Both the position numbers and the translations under genes were made by a program. A DNA stretch of 35,785 nt from Candidatus Altiarchaeota archaeon (GTDB lineage Archaea; Altiarchaeota; Altiarchaeia; IMC4; SCGC-AAA252-I15), in the NCBI GenBank assembly GCA_043800705.1, contig JAZDMS010000009.1, forward strand, positions 1-35,785, in the 5' to 3' direction. The notes under the pieces are model-generated. The model saw only the letters and a program-made list of their open reading frames with translations. It made no database searches and had not been told where the DNA came from. Below are positions 1 through 8,856 of this stretch, piece after piece. Position 1 is the stretch's first letter, and each line of letters begins with the position of its first letter.

Positions 1-57
1 GCATCCCGTGTATTTCTCCTTGTGTATGTCCAGTCCGCAAAACAACTGCTCCATCAT
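1..57 (-). mobile_element. IS110-family (DEDD) transposase/recombinase, 5' end only (runs off window)
   Basis: Minus strand from 57 reads MMEQLFCGLDIHKEKYTGC, matching the IS110 N-terminal G(I/L)D(I/V/L)HK motif that carries the first catalytic Asp. SD GAGGTGA lies just upstream. Only 19 codons are visible and the ORF is not in the track. Confidence 0.7.
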
Positions 58-225
58 TTTCACCTCGTAAAGGGGCTTAATCTTGGTAAAAAGCCCCATA
101 TATTATTTGCTCAAAGAAAAAGTTCTACTACCATCACGTTATCTGTCCCTGGGCGACAAGCCCAGGGTCCGAGCCCGCAGGCGAGGAAGTACGACGAGGG
201 CAAAACCCAGAAAAATATGCATATT
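58..225 (-). ncRNA. Structured non-coding left end of the IS110 element, candidate bridge RNA region
   Basis: Lies upstream of the transposase start. Hairpins CCCTGGGC-GACAA-GCCCAGGG (147-167) and GGGGCTT-N12-AAGCCCC (72-97). IS110-group elements are known to encode bridge RNA in the left end. Boundaries are uncertain. Confidence 0.4.
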
Positions 226-249
226 AATGGGAAAATTTAATAAACACTC

Positions 250-720
250 ATGGCTTCCGTTAAGTGTCCTGAATGCTCAAAAGAGATGATTGAAGGATTC
301 GTTTTTGCTCAAAGTAGTGGAGAAGGTGGAATTCCTGGTCTTTATTGGCAAAGTAGAAACGAGAAAAAAACAACTTGTTTGTCTGGAAATAATGTAAGAC
401 CTCAGAGTTCAGATGCATTCAGATGCGACAAAGACAATATGATTACATTCAACTATATCGGAAATGTTATGAAGTCTCCAATCATCAAATGCCCTGAATG
501 CAGTAAGGATATGCTTCCTGGAAAAGTTTATCCAATTGATGATATTTCAGATGTTGGTGTTTGGTGGAAAGAAAAAGATTCGAATGAAGTAAGGGTAGAT
601 GCTGTAAAAGCAAAATCATCGATTTTCCAAATGATATTCGGATTATCTAACGCGAAGAGTTCTATGTCAAAAAAGGCGTTCCATTGTGAAAATTGCAAAA
701 TAGTAAGCTTTCAATATTGA
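250..720 (+). CDS. AT-rich protein with two tandem zinc-ribbon units (PF20097/DUF6487-like)
   Basis: Two repeats: KCPECSKEM..G..W..AFRCDKD..F.Y and KCPECSKDM..G..W..AFHCENC..F.Y. Visibly lower GC than neighbouring genes. Confidence 0.7.
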   Translation: MASVKCPECSKEMIEGFVFAQSSGEGGIPGLYWQSRNEKKTTCLSGNNVRPQSSDAFRCDKDNMITFNYIGNVMKSPIIKCPECSKDMLPGKVYPIDDISDVGVWWKEKDSNEVRVDAVKAKSSIFQMIFGLSNAKSSMSKKAFHCENCKIVSFQY

Positions 721-763
721 TGTTTCGCAAATAGTTTTGCCCGAGTCGTATTGCAGATAACAA

Positions 764-816
764 CGATTACCCGCAGTTGTTGCGGGTAATCGGCCTGTTT
801 GGGTGGGTTACCCGCA
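764..816. repeat. 12-bp perfect inverted repeat plus a third copy of TTACCCGCA (terminator or protein-binding site)
   Basis: CGATTACCCGCA-GTTGT-TGCGGGTAATCG at 764-792; TTACCCGCA again at 808-816. Confidence 0.7.
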
Positions 817-934
817 ATAAATGGGTTGTTTTCTGGCGCTCTCTCTTTGTGTATTCTTTAGGCATTATCTTGGTTTTCTGTGGTTTTTGTTTAATATCTT
901 TGGTTGATTATAGGTTAATGTTTGAGGTGTTTTT

Positions 935-1156
935 ATGAAGGATGAGGTCAGGAAGGTGTTGGAGAAGGTGCGTCCGATGTTGCAGGCTGACGGCGGCGAC
1001 GTCGAGTTGGTGGATGTCGGCAAGGACGGCGTGGTGAAGGTGAAACTCAAGGGGGCCTGTTGTGGGTGTCCTATGAGTCAGATGACGCTCAGGCATGGGA
1101 TCGAGGTGACGCTGAAGAAGGAGGTGCCTGGGGTTAAAAAGGTAGAGGCTGTCTGA
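935..1156 (+). CDS. NifU C-terminal domain (Nfu-type) Fe-S carrier protein
   Basis: VRPMLQADGGDVELV..VKLKGACCGCPMSQMTL is the NifU-C signature with CxxC. SD GAGGTG upstream. Confidence 0.95.
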   Translation: MKDEVRKVLEKVRPMLQADGGDVELVDVGKDGVVKVKLKGACCGCPMSQMTLRHGIEVTLKKEVPGVKKVEAV

Positions 1157-1212
1157 GTTGCGGCCGCGTCTTTTATTGTAATAATTGAATATTTTATTCC
1201 TTAGTGGTTGGT

Positions 1213-4200
1213 ATGGTTTCTAAGATACGCAAGAGAGACGGCAAGACGGAGAAGTTCAACAAGCAGAAGATCGCTGAGGCGATCCACAAGGCCATATCGT
1301 CCGTCGAAGGCAGGGACGGTGAGACTGCGGAGAAGCTTGCGGACAAGGTTGTGAAGGCTGTCGACAGGAAGTTCAAGGAAATTGTCCCCACCGTCGAAGA
1401 GGTCCAGGACGTCGTCGAGGAGACGCTGATGGACAGCGCCGAATCCGGCGTCGCCAAGGCCTACATACTCTATCGGGAGGATCGGAAGAAGATAAGGGAG
1501 GCCAAGTCGCTGATGGGCGTCGACGACGACATCAAGCTATCACTCAACGCCATCAAGGTGCTCGAGAAGAGATACCTCATGAAGGATGATGAGGGGCGGG
1601 TCATAGAGACTCCGGGGCAGATGTTTCAGAGGGTCGCCGGCAACATAGCCCAGGCCGACCTGTTGTACGACAAGGACGCGGACGTAAAGAAGACCACCCG
1701 GGAGTTCTACCAGATGATGTCGACCATGGAGTTCATGCCCAACAGCCCCACATTGATGAACGCCGGCCGCGAGCTGCAGCAGCTTAGCGCATGTTTCGTC
1801 TTGCCGGTCGAGGATAGTATGGAGAGCATATTTGAGGCGATAAAGAATACTGCGTTGATTCACAAGAGCGGCGGGGGGACTGGGTTCAGTTTCTCGAAGC
1901 TGAGGCCCAAAGGCGACATTGTGGCGTCGACGTCCGGTGTGGCGTCTGGGCCGCTGTCTTTCATGAACGTCTTCAACGCCGCGACGGAGGTAATTAAGCA
2001 GGGTGGGACGAGGAGGGGCGCGAATATGGCGATTCTAAGGGTCGACCACCCGGATGTTTTGGAGTTCATAGTCGCGAAGGAAAAGGAGAACGTCCTCAAT
2101 AACTTCAATATCTCCGTCGGGTTGACGGAGGACTTCATGAAGGCGGTTGAGTCCAACCAGGAATACGACATGCTCAACCCGAAGAGCAGGAAGCCTATGA
2201 GGAGGATCAGTGCGAGGACGGTCTTCGACCTCATTGTGACGATGGCGTGGAAGAACGGGGAGCCTGGGATCGTGTTCCTCGACAGGATAAACAGGGACAA
2301 TCCTACGCCATTCCTCGGGGAGATGGAGTCGACAAATCCGTGCGTGAGTGGTGATTCGTTAGTGTCCACATCGAATGGTTTGTTGCGGATGGATAAGATT
2401 GCTGAAAGGTTCGGAAACGGAGGAGTGGGGGCCGTGACTGATTGCAGGGTGCCGAAACCGCTAGAAAACGGCAGTGGTATTCTCCTCCAGGTTCAGGAGG
2501 CGGGTGTCGAGCTGAATCAGGTCTCTAAGGCATGGTGCAGTGGGGTGAAGGAGACTTATAGGCTCGTCACAAAATCCGGTTATGAGCTTACAGCCACGTC
2601 AGACCATATGATTCTCACAACTGGCGGATGGTTGGAGCTTCACGATATTGTGCCGGGGAAGCATGCGGTTTTGATACAGGCTGGTAGTGGGTACTTCAAC
2701 AAGGACACAAAAATCGGCTTCGTTGTCGAAGACGATTATAAAGGCGGCAATGGCAGGAGCTACCGCCATAATTTCCCCAAGACATGGTCTAGGGAGCTTG
2801 GTCAGGTTCTGGGATGGCTTGTCGGAGATGGCTGGCTAAGGGAGGGGGACGCCGATCGGAGGGTCGGTTTCACATTCGGCTCTGATGACTCGGAGGTTTT
2901 GGAGTATTTGAAGCCCGTATTGGACGGCATGTATGGACGCGATGTGAAGGCGGTTATCCGAAAAGGCGGCGTGATACATCTCAGCTATCATGGAAAATAC
3001 TTCGTCGACTACTTTAAGAAACTTGGTGTACGGGGTGTCGGTTCAGCGGAAAAAACAGTTCCTGAAACGCTCTACTCAGCGACGGAAGAGGCTGCTATCG
3101 GGTTCCTGCAGGGTTTGTTCACCTCTGATGGGACTATCCGGGATAATCCTAAATCCAACAGCTCATGGATTGCTCTGACATCAAAGAGCAGACATTTATT
3201 GCGGGGCGTGCAGCTACTTCTTCTGAATCTGGGCATCAAAAGCCAGATTTTAACTAGGAGCAGGCCGCCCAGAACGGGGTTGTTCGAGTATACGGATAAA
3301 AGCGGGCAAGTGAGACTGTATGGATCGGATGGGGTGCTTTTCGAGTTGGGGATATTCGGCGAAAGCAGAGAATTGTTCAGGAAGCGTATAGGTTTCATCA
3401 GCAGGCGCAAGCAGGAATCCCTCGACAACATACGGTTTAAGACGTTCAGGAAAACAGACTGGAGCGATGAGGTGCTGTTCGTCGAGAAATCAGGGCAAAT
3501 TGCGGTTTATGATTTGACCGAACCATTGACGCATTCGATGATAGTCAACGGCATAGTAGTTCACCAATGCGGCGAGCAGCCGCTTTTGCCGTATGAGGCG
3601 TGCAACCTCGGTTCCGTTAACCTCTCCAAGATGGTGGACGGCGGCCAGATCAACTACAAGAAACTCAGGCGGGTTGTCCATGTCGCAACCCATTTCCTCG
3701 ACAACGTCATAGACATGAGCAAGTTCCCCTTGGACAGGATAGAGAAGATGGTGAAATCCAACCGGAAGATCGGTTTGGGGGTCATGGGCTTCGCGGACAT
3801 GCTCGTCGAATTGGGGATACCCTACAACAGCGACCGGGCCGTTGAGGTGGGCCGGGAGGTTATGAAGTTCATAGACGGGGAGTCCAAGGCGACGTCGGTC
3901 GAATTGGCGCAAAAGAGGGGTTCGTTCCCCAACTTCAGAAAGAGCGTCCTGCCGCAGAAGGGGCTCAAGCAGATGAGGAATGCGACGACCACGACGATCG
4001 CGCCGACGGGGACGATCAGCATCATATCCAACTGTTCGGGCGGGATCGAGCCGCTCTTCGCCATCTCATTCATCAGGAACATCCTCGACAACACGGAGAT
4101 GCTCGAGGTCAACCCAATATTCGAGCGGATCGCAAGGGAGCGGGGCTTCTACAACGACGAGCTGATGAGGAAGATCGCCAAGAGGGGGACGATACAGGAT

Positions 4201-4572
4201 ATAGCGGAGATACCGGAGGATGTGCGGAAGGTCTTCGTTACGGCACATGACATCTCGCCGGACTGGCATATCCGGATGCAGGGGGCGTTCCAGGAAAGCA
4301 CCGACAATGCTGTGTCGAAGACTGTGAATTTCGCGAATCACGCGACGACGGATGACGTACAGAAGGTCTATCTGCTCGCGTATCACCTTGGCTGCAAGGG
4401 AGTGACGATCTATAGGGACGGCTCCAGGAGCAATCAGGTCCTGAACATAGAGGCTGTGAAGAAGTCGGCGGCTTCGCAGGAGAAATGCCCTGAATGCGGG
4501 GGGAGCATGACCGTCGAGGAGGGCTGCAGCACGTGTCACAACTGCGGGTTCTCCTATTGCAGCGCAGCATAG
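1213..4572 (+). CDS. nrdJ: Adenosylcobalamin-dependent (class II) ribonucleotide reductase with N-terminal ATP cone, intein-containing
   Basis: ATP cone (IRKRDG..FNKQKI), FMPNSPTLMNAG, QLSACFV, GGTRRGANM, NP/CGEQPL split by an intein, TIAPTGTIS, KGVTIYRDGSR and a C-terminal CxxC..CxxC. Start at ATG 1213, or GTG 1204. Confidence 0.97.
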   Translation: MVSKIRKRDGKTEKFNKQKIAEAIHKAISSVEGRDGETAEKLADKVVKAVDRKFKEIVPTVEEVQDVVEETLMDSAESGVAKAYILYREDRKKIREAKSLMGVDDDIKLSLNAIKVLEKRYLMKDDEGRVIETPGQMFQRVAGNIAQADLLYDKDADVKKTTREFYQMMSTMEFMPNSPTLMNAGRELQQLSACFVLPVEDSMESIFEAIKNTALIHKSGGGTGFSFSKLRPKGDIVASTSGVASGPLSFMNVFNAATEVIKQGGTRRGANMAILRVDHPDVLEFIVAKEKENVLNNFNISVGLTEDFMKAVESNQEYDMLNPKSRKPMRRISARTVFDLIVTMAWKNGEPGIVFLDRINRDNPTPFLGEMESTNPCVSGDSLVSTSNGLLRMDKIAERFGNGGVGAVTDCRVPKPLENGSGILLQVQEAGVELNQVSKAWCSGVKETYRLVTKSGYELTATSDHMILTTGGWLELHDIVPGKHAVLIQAGSGYFNKDTKIGFVVEDDYKGGNGRSYRHNFPKTWSRELGQVLGWLVGDGWLREGDADRRVGFTFGSDDSEVLEYLKPVLDGMYGRDVKAVIRKGGVIHLSYHGKYFVDYFKKLGVRGVGSAEKTVPETLYSATEEAAIGFLQGLFTSDGTIRDNPKSNSSWIALTSKSRHLLRGVQLLLLNLGIKSQILTRSRPPRTGLFEYTDKSGQVRLYGSDGVLFELGIFGESRELFRKRIGFISRRKQESLDNIRFKTFRKTDWSDEVLFVEKSGQIAVYDLTEPLTHSMIVNGIVVHQCGEQPLLPYEACNLGSVNLSKMVDGGQINYKKLRRVVHVATHFLDNVIDMSKFPLDRIEKMVKSNRKIGLGVMGFADMLVELGIPYNSDRAVEVGREVMKFIDGESKATSVELAQKRGSFPNFRKSVLPQKGLKQMRNATTTTIAPTGTISIISNCSGGIEPLFAISFIRNILDNTEMLEVNPIFERIARERGFYNDELMRKIAKRGTIQDIAEIPEDVRKVFVTAHDISPDWHIRMQGAFQESTDNAVSKTVNFANHATTDDVQKVYLLAYHLGCKGVTIYRDGSRSNQVLNIEAVKKSAASQEKCPECGGSMTVEEGCSTCHNCGFSYCSAA
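2341..3567 (+). mobile_element. 409-aa intein with LAGLIDADG homing endonuclease, inserted at the RNR active-site NP|CGEQ
   Basis: Begins CVSGDSLV after ESTNP. Block B LTATSDH; endonuclease motifs LGWLVGDG and FLQGLFTSDG; block F VYDL. Ends NGIVVHQ followed by +1 Cys (CGEQPL). Confidence 0.95.
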
Positions 4573-4588
4573 GGTTTGGAGGAGGAAC

Positions 4589-5173
4589 ATGCCATTGAAT
4601 AAGCGCAAAGGCCTCGTGCACGTTTACACGGGAGACGGGAAGGGGAAGACGACGGCATCGGTCGGCCTCGCACTGCGTGCCGTCGGGCACGGGATGTCCG
4701 CGTATATGATACAATTTCTTAAGGGTGGGGGGCATTCTGGCGAGGCCATAGCGGCTGAGACCGTATTGTCCGAGAGGTTCAAGGTCAAACAGTTCGGGAA
4801 ATCATGCCCCTATAGCCAGGAGATGAGGAAGGGGACGATGCAGTGCGGCAACTGCAAGGACTGTTTCCTGTCGAGGAAGGAGGAACGGGAGAAGGTTGGT
4901 GAGGCGCTTGATCTGGCTGAGAAGACGGTATCGTCGGGGAAATACGACGTCGTCATATTGGATGAGGTGAATAATGCCGCCAGCAGGAAGCTTGCGTCCA
5001 TTGCCAGGGTACTCAAGATAATCAACTCGAGAAAGCCCCACGTCGAGGTCGTACTGACCGGTAGGAACGCTCCCAAGGAGCTTATAGAGGCGGCAGACTA
5101 CGTCACCTTCATGAAGAAGGTAAAACACCCGTTTACGAAGGGGATACGTTCAAGGTACGGGATAGATTATTGA
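4589..5173 (+). CDS. cobO: ATP:cob(I)alamin/corrinoid adenosyltransferase (CobA/CobO/BtuR family) with Cys-rich insertion
   Basis: GLVHVYTGDGKGKTTA, QFLKG, ILDEVN, VLTGR, ADYVT, KHPF..G..GIDY. SD GGAGG upstream. Confidence 0.95.
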   Translation: MPLNKRKGLVHVYTGDGKGKTTASVGLALRAVGHGMSAYMIQFLKGGGHSGEAIAAETVLSERFKVKQFGKSCPYSQEMRKGTMQCGNCKDCFLSRKEEREKVGEALDLAEKTVSSGKYDVVILDEVNNAASRKLASIARVLKIINSRKPHVEVVLTGRNAPKELIEAADYVTFMKKVKHPFTKGIRSRYGIDY

Positions 5174-5259
5174 CAGGGGCCGTTAATCGGGTCTATTGTG
5201 GGTTTATTCGGGTTATTTATAGTGGTCGGAGGCTATCATTTATCCCTGGGTGGTATTTC

Positions 5260-6075
5260 ATGGATTTTACGGCGTTGATGAACGAGCCCAACGGCATGGT
5301 CCTGCTGTTGGCGCTGTTCCTGGGCGGGCTTCTGCTTCTTGCAGGTCTTTTAGCCGTCGTTTTGACCATTATGGGGTTAGCTTTAGCGTTGGTTTTCTTC
5401 AAGACGAGGCAGATAATCATCCCTGAAACGACCCTTTTCATCCTCAACCTGCTTGAGGTTCCGATCCGTTACATGCTCTGGGTAATGGGGATAGAGGAAG
5501 ACATAGTCAGCAGGATGATAGTCGAGGTCAGGAATGCACTATATCGAGACAGGTTCGCAGGAACGCCCTATGCGGAACGGGCGGTATTCATCCCCCAGTG
5601 CCTGCGAAGCCCCAATTGTCCCGCTCCGTTGACGGCTGAGGGGATAAGGTGCCTCAATTGCGGCAGGTGCGGTATTGGAAAGATCAAAGAGGAGGCTGAA
5701 TCATTGGGTTATATGTTCTTCCTTGCCCCGGGGGGCTCCCTCGTGAAGCGGATGGTGAAGAAATACAGGCCGAATGCTGTTTTGGGAGTCGGATGTCCCA
5801 TGGAGGTTGTGGAGGGAACTGCGAAGATGGCTGCATATGGCCTGCCTGTGCAGGGTGTCTTGCTTGAACGCGACGGTTGCGTCGACACCAGGATTGACGT
5901 GGTCAAGCTGATGGAGAAGCTGAAGTCCGACAAATCGCACGGCAGATATTCGATTGAGAAGGACCCTGACCTGCTCAGGAAGGCCGTCCAGATATCGCAG
6001 CTTTGGGGCGGTGGCAAACCGTCTGATGTAGAGGTCGTTTCCGCGAAAAACACCAATAAGGGGGGCAAATGGTAG
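5260..6075 (+). CDS. DUF116 family membrane-anchored Cys-rich protein
   Basis: N-terminal hydrophobic helix; PQCLRSPNCPA..CLNCGRCGIG, PGGS, GVGC, GCVDT. ATG 5260 preferred over TTG 5170. Confidence 0.88.
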   Translation: MDFTALMNEPNGMVLLLALFLGGLLLLAGLLAVVLTIMGLALALVFFKTRQIIIPETTLFILNLLEVPIRYMLWVMGIEEDIVSRMIVEVRNALYRDRFAGTPYAERAVFIPQCLRSPNCPAPLTAEGIRCLNCGRCGIGKIKEEAESLGYMFFLAPGGSLVKRMVKKYRPNAVLGVGCPMEVVEGTAKMAAYGLPVQGVLLERDGCVDTRIDVVKLMEKLKSDKSHGRYSIEKDPDLLRKAVQISQLWGGGKPSDVEVVSAKNTNKGGKW

Positions 6076-6137
6076 ACTGGGTGGTTTTTTAATCTCCCGT
6101 CTTATTAGTTTAGACTATTGATATGAGGTAATATACT

Positions 6138-6338
6138 ATGCCAACAGAAGTGAATGCGGACAAGTGCATCGGCTGCGGCGCGTGCGCGAGCGTATGCCCC
6201 GCCAGCCCAAACGTGTATGAGATGGCTGACACGATGAAGGGGAAGAAATCTCAGGTGAAGCACAAGGATGCCTGCATAGAATGCGGGGCTTGCGTAGCAT
6301 CATGCCCTGTAGAGGCCATAAAGATGGTGCGGATATAA
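6138..6338 (+). CDS. 2x[4Fe-4S] ferredoxin
   Basis: CIGCGACASVCP and CIECGACVASCP motifs; SD GAGGT. Confidence 0.96.
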   Translation: MPTEVNADKCIGCGACASVCPASPNVYEMADTMKGKKSQVKHKDACIECGACVASCPVEAIKMVRI

Positions 6339-6367
6339 ATCCTCAACTACGGTCAATCCGGGTTTAT

Positions 6368-6685
6368 ATGATGGAATCTAAGGAAGAGGCAAAGAAGGAG
6401 CTATCAGCTCTAATCAAATCATATTCGATGGTTTCCTCCATAGTAGTGGAGCTGCGGGACGAGGGCACCTTGAACCCCCACGACTGCGACAACATACTCG
6501 GCCACCTTAAATCCGGGCTCATAGAGGACGTCCTCATGTATACGAGGTCCTACCTCACCCAGGACAACGAGAAGAACGCGCTGAAGACCATGTCCGACTA
6601 TCTGATTGTGAAAAAATCGCTCGAGGGAAAGAACCTCAAACCCGAGGATATAAAGGACATCCTGTCGATATTCTTCAAGAAATAG
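6368..6685 (+). CDS. Hypothetical helical protein (~105 aa)
   Basis: Open frame with host-like codon usage filling the gap after the ferredoxin. Start placed at ATG 6368. Confidence 0.7.
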   Translation: MMESKEEAKKELSALIKSYSMVSSIVVELRDEGTLNPHDCDNILGHLKSGLIEDVLMYTRSYLTQDNEKNALKTMSDYLIVKKSLEGKNLKPEDIKDILSIFFKK

Positions 6686-6722
6686 CCCCCCCTTTTATCC
6701 AGAAAAATACAAGTATACTATC

Positions 6723-7439
6723 GTGGCCTTTTTGGACCTTTTTTTAGCGGCTGTGTTGCTGATCCTGCTAGTCATAGCCGCCAGACTATACGTCAAGACA
6801 GAGCCCAAGCAAGTGGTTTCCCCGCTCAAATGCAGGCCCCCCGTCCCGATAAAATGGGAGGAGCCGATATTGTCGGAATATCAGCCGATAGCGGACGCCT
6901 TAAAGGCTTCGATAGACCTCATGAAGCGGGATTTCTCCAGCGAATTCCTCCAGGAGCTGGAAAACGTCTACGTCTCCGCGCGATTCTCAGATGTTTCGAT
7001 CGGGAAGGAGAACGGCATGATGGCCGAAAAGGGGGTTGCATTGGCCGAGGCCGGAAAATCCCTTCAAGAGCTGGGGGCGAGGCTGGATTGCCTCAAGTCG
7101 GTGACCGGATCCACGGACGATGTCCAGTCGATAATCGCGGACAAGATAGTCGACTACCTCATCGAATCCAAGAACAACCAGCGGGAGGTCATAGACTTGG
7201 TCGGGGAAATGTTCGCCATCAACGAGCGCGGATTGGAGGACCTGAAGAGGAACGGCCCAAGGCTGGCCGCAACCTATCTCAGAGCCGAAGACGCCGCGAA
7301 GAAGATGGCGCTGAGGACCGGGATACACGACAGCCTCGACAGCGCGGAGAAGTATCTCATAGCAAGCGGTGAGAAATACGACTCCCTCAAGGCGGAGTCG
7401 GCGAGGCCGCCGGGTGCGAAGAAAGCCAGAACTGCATAA
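6723..7439 (+). CDS. Hypothetical N-terminally membrane-anchored, helical/coiled-coil protein
   Basis: Hydrophobic N-terminus (FLDLFLAAVLLILLVIAA) followed by an amphipathic helical body. Confidence 0.75.
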   Translation: MAFLDLFLAAVLLILLVIAARLYVKTEPKQVVSPLKCRPPVPIKWEEPILSEYQPIADALKASIDLMKRDFSSEFLQELENVYVSARFSDVSIGKENGMMAEKGVALAEAGKSLQELGARLDCLKSVTGSTDDVQSIIADKIVDYLIESKNNQREVIDLVGEMFAINERGLEDLKRNGPRLAATYLRAEDAAKKMALRTGIHDSLDSAEKYLIASGEKYDSLKAESARPPGAKKARTA

Positions 7440-7510
7440 CCTGTTTTTATTTGCTAATGGCAGGACGAGCCAAAAAATGTAGTGCCTAAAATCCGGTTTA
7501 ACCGTTTCTT

Positions 7511-8593
7511 TCAGTTGTTTTTCCCATCGTCGGATTCGCCTTTTTTCCCGTCTTTGTCCTTGTATCCGATGAATTGCCGGTATATCGCCTTTGCGCCACT
7601 CTCCTCCTGGTCCTTGGCCTCTGGATTCTCTCCTGACTTGGGCAGGGGTGTTTTGCCTTCTATCTCCTTGATGGGTTGTTCGCCCCTGAGCATCTCTCCG
7701 AGGGCGCCGGCTCCGCTCAGTATCCCGCTGGCCTCCATTGGCATGAAGATCTTGGTCGCCTTCCCGTCCGCCATCTTCCCGAGGGCTTCGAGGTATTTTA
7801 TCATCAGGATGTCTCGTGTCGGCCTGCCTTCGTGTATGGCGCCGAATACCTTGGATATGGCCTTCGCCTCCCCTTCGCTTATGAGGACGAGCTTCTTCTT
7901 CTCAGCCTCGGCGACGGTCTCGATGGCCTTGGCGTGCCCTTCGGCGGAGAGGATATTCGCGGCCTTCTGCCCTTCTGCGCGGAGTATGTCCGATTGTTTT
8001 ACGGCTTCCGCCTCGAGGACTACGGCCCGCTTCGTCCGTTCGGCCTTCATCTGGCGGCTCATGGCGTCGACTATGTCCTTGGGGGGTGCGATGTCCTGCA
8101 TCTCGACGCGGGTGACCCTGACGCCCCATCTGTCGGTTATTTCGTCGAGTGTCTTTCTGAGCTCCAGGTTCATCTTGTCGCGGCTTGCGAGGATGTTGTC
8201 GAGGCTCATGTCGCCGATGATGTTCCTGAGCGTCGTCTGGGCTAGTTTGCTTACCGCCTCCTCGAACATGGCGACGTTGTACATGACCCTGAACGGGTCC
8301 ATGACCTTGAAATATATGATCGCATCGACAGTCAGTGCGACGTTGTCTTTGGTTATGACCTCCTGCGGCGGCACCTCAATGACAGCCTCCCTCATATCGA
8401 CCCTGTAGACGTATTCGATGAATGGGATGATTATGGTCAGGCCGGATCCGAGGGTGCGGTTGTATTTGCCGAGCCTTTCGACGATTCCGCGCTCGTATGG
8501 GCGGATGATTATCACCGATTTTATGGCAAAGACCGCCATGACAAGTGCGAAGAAGACGAATAGCACGAAATTTATGTCGATCAGTGAAGCCAT
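7511..8593 (-). CDS. SPFH/band 7 (stomatin/QmcA-like) membrane protein
   Basis: TM helix, GIVERLGKY, PPQEVITKDN, LRNIIGDMSLD, WGVRVTRVE, QMKAER and an Ala/Glu-rich coiled coil. Confidence 0.95.
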   Translation of the reverse strand: MASLIDINFVLFVFFALVMAVFAIKSVIIIRPYERGIVERLGKYNRTLGSGLTIIIPFIEYVYRVDMREAVIEVPPQEVITKDNVALTVDAIIYFKVMDPFRVMYNVAMFEEAVSKLAQTTLRNIIGDMSLDNILASRDKMNLELRKTLDEITDRWGVRVTRVEMQDIAPPKDIVDAMSRQMKAERTKRAVVLEAEAVKQSDILRAEGQKAANILSAEGHAKAIETVAEAEKKKLVLISEGEAKAISKVFGAIHEGRPTRDILMIKYLEALGKMADGKATKIFMPMEASGILSGAGALGEMLRGEQPIKEIEGKTPLPKSGENPEAKDQEESGAKAIYRQFIGYKDKDGKKGESDDGKNN

Positions 8594-8856
8594 ACGCTAA
8601 ATCATATATCCTGGCAGCTATAAATCCCCCGTAAAAGGGCTGTTTCTGCCGCTGCCTCTCGCATTGGGCGTATTCCATCCGGGCAGCATCATATGCCCTC
8701 TTATGCGTATCATATCCCTCGCCCGCGCGGTCGACCCTTTTTCGCTTTCCCGTCCGCCCAGCTTCCGAATACCCGAAGTGACCCCCCTCCCGGTCGCCGC
8801 TTTTTTCGTTTTTAAGTTACCTATCATATATGTTAGCAGGAACCTGTGTGGTCATC

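Noticed and set aside
22-289. Plus-strand ORFs 22-240 and 83-289
   Set aside because: They overlap the better-supported minus-strand IS110 start and its non-coding end, and carry no motifs.
1157-1212. Cobalamin riboswitch or NrdR box upstream of nrdJ
   Set aside because: The gap is only ~55 bp of AT-rich DNA, with no B12-box or NrdR palindrome visible.
8594-8856. Small ORFs or an NfeD partner upstream of the SPFH gene
   Set aside because: ORFs 8618-8827 and 8664-8876 show no NfeD-like TM/OB pattern or coding-like composition.
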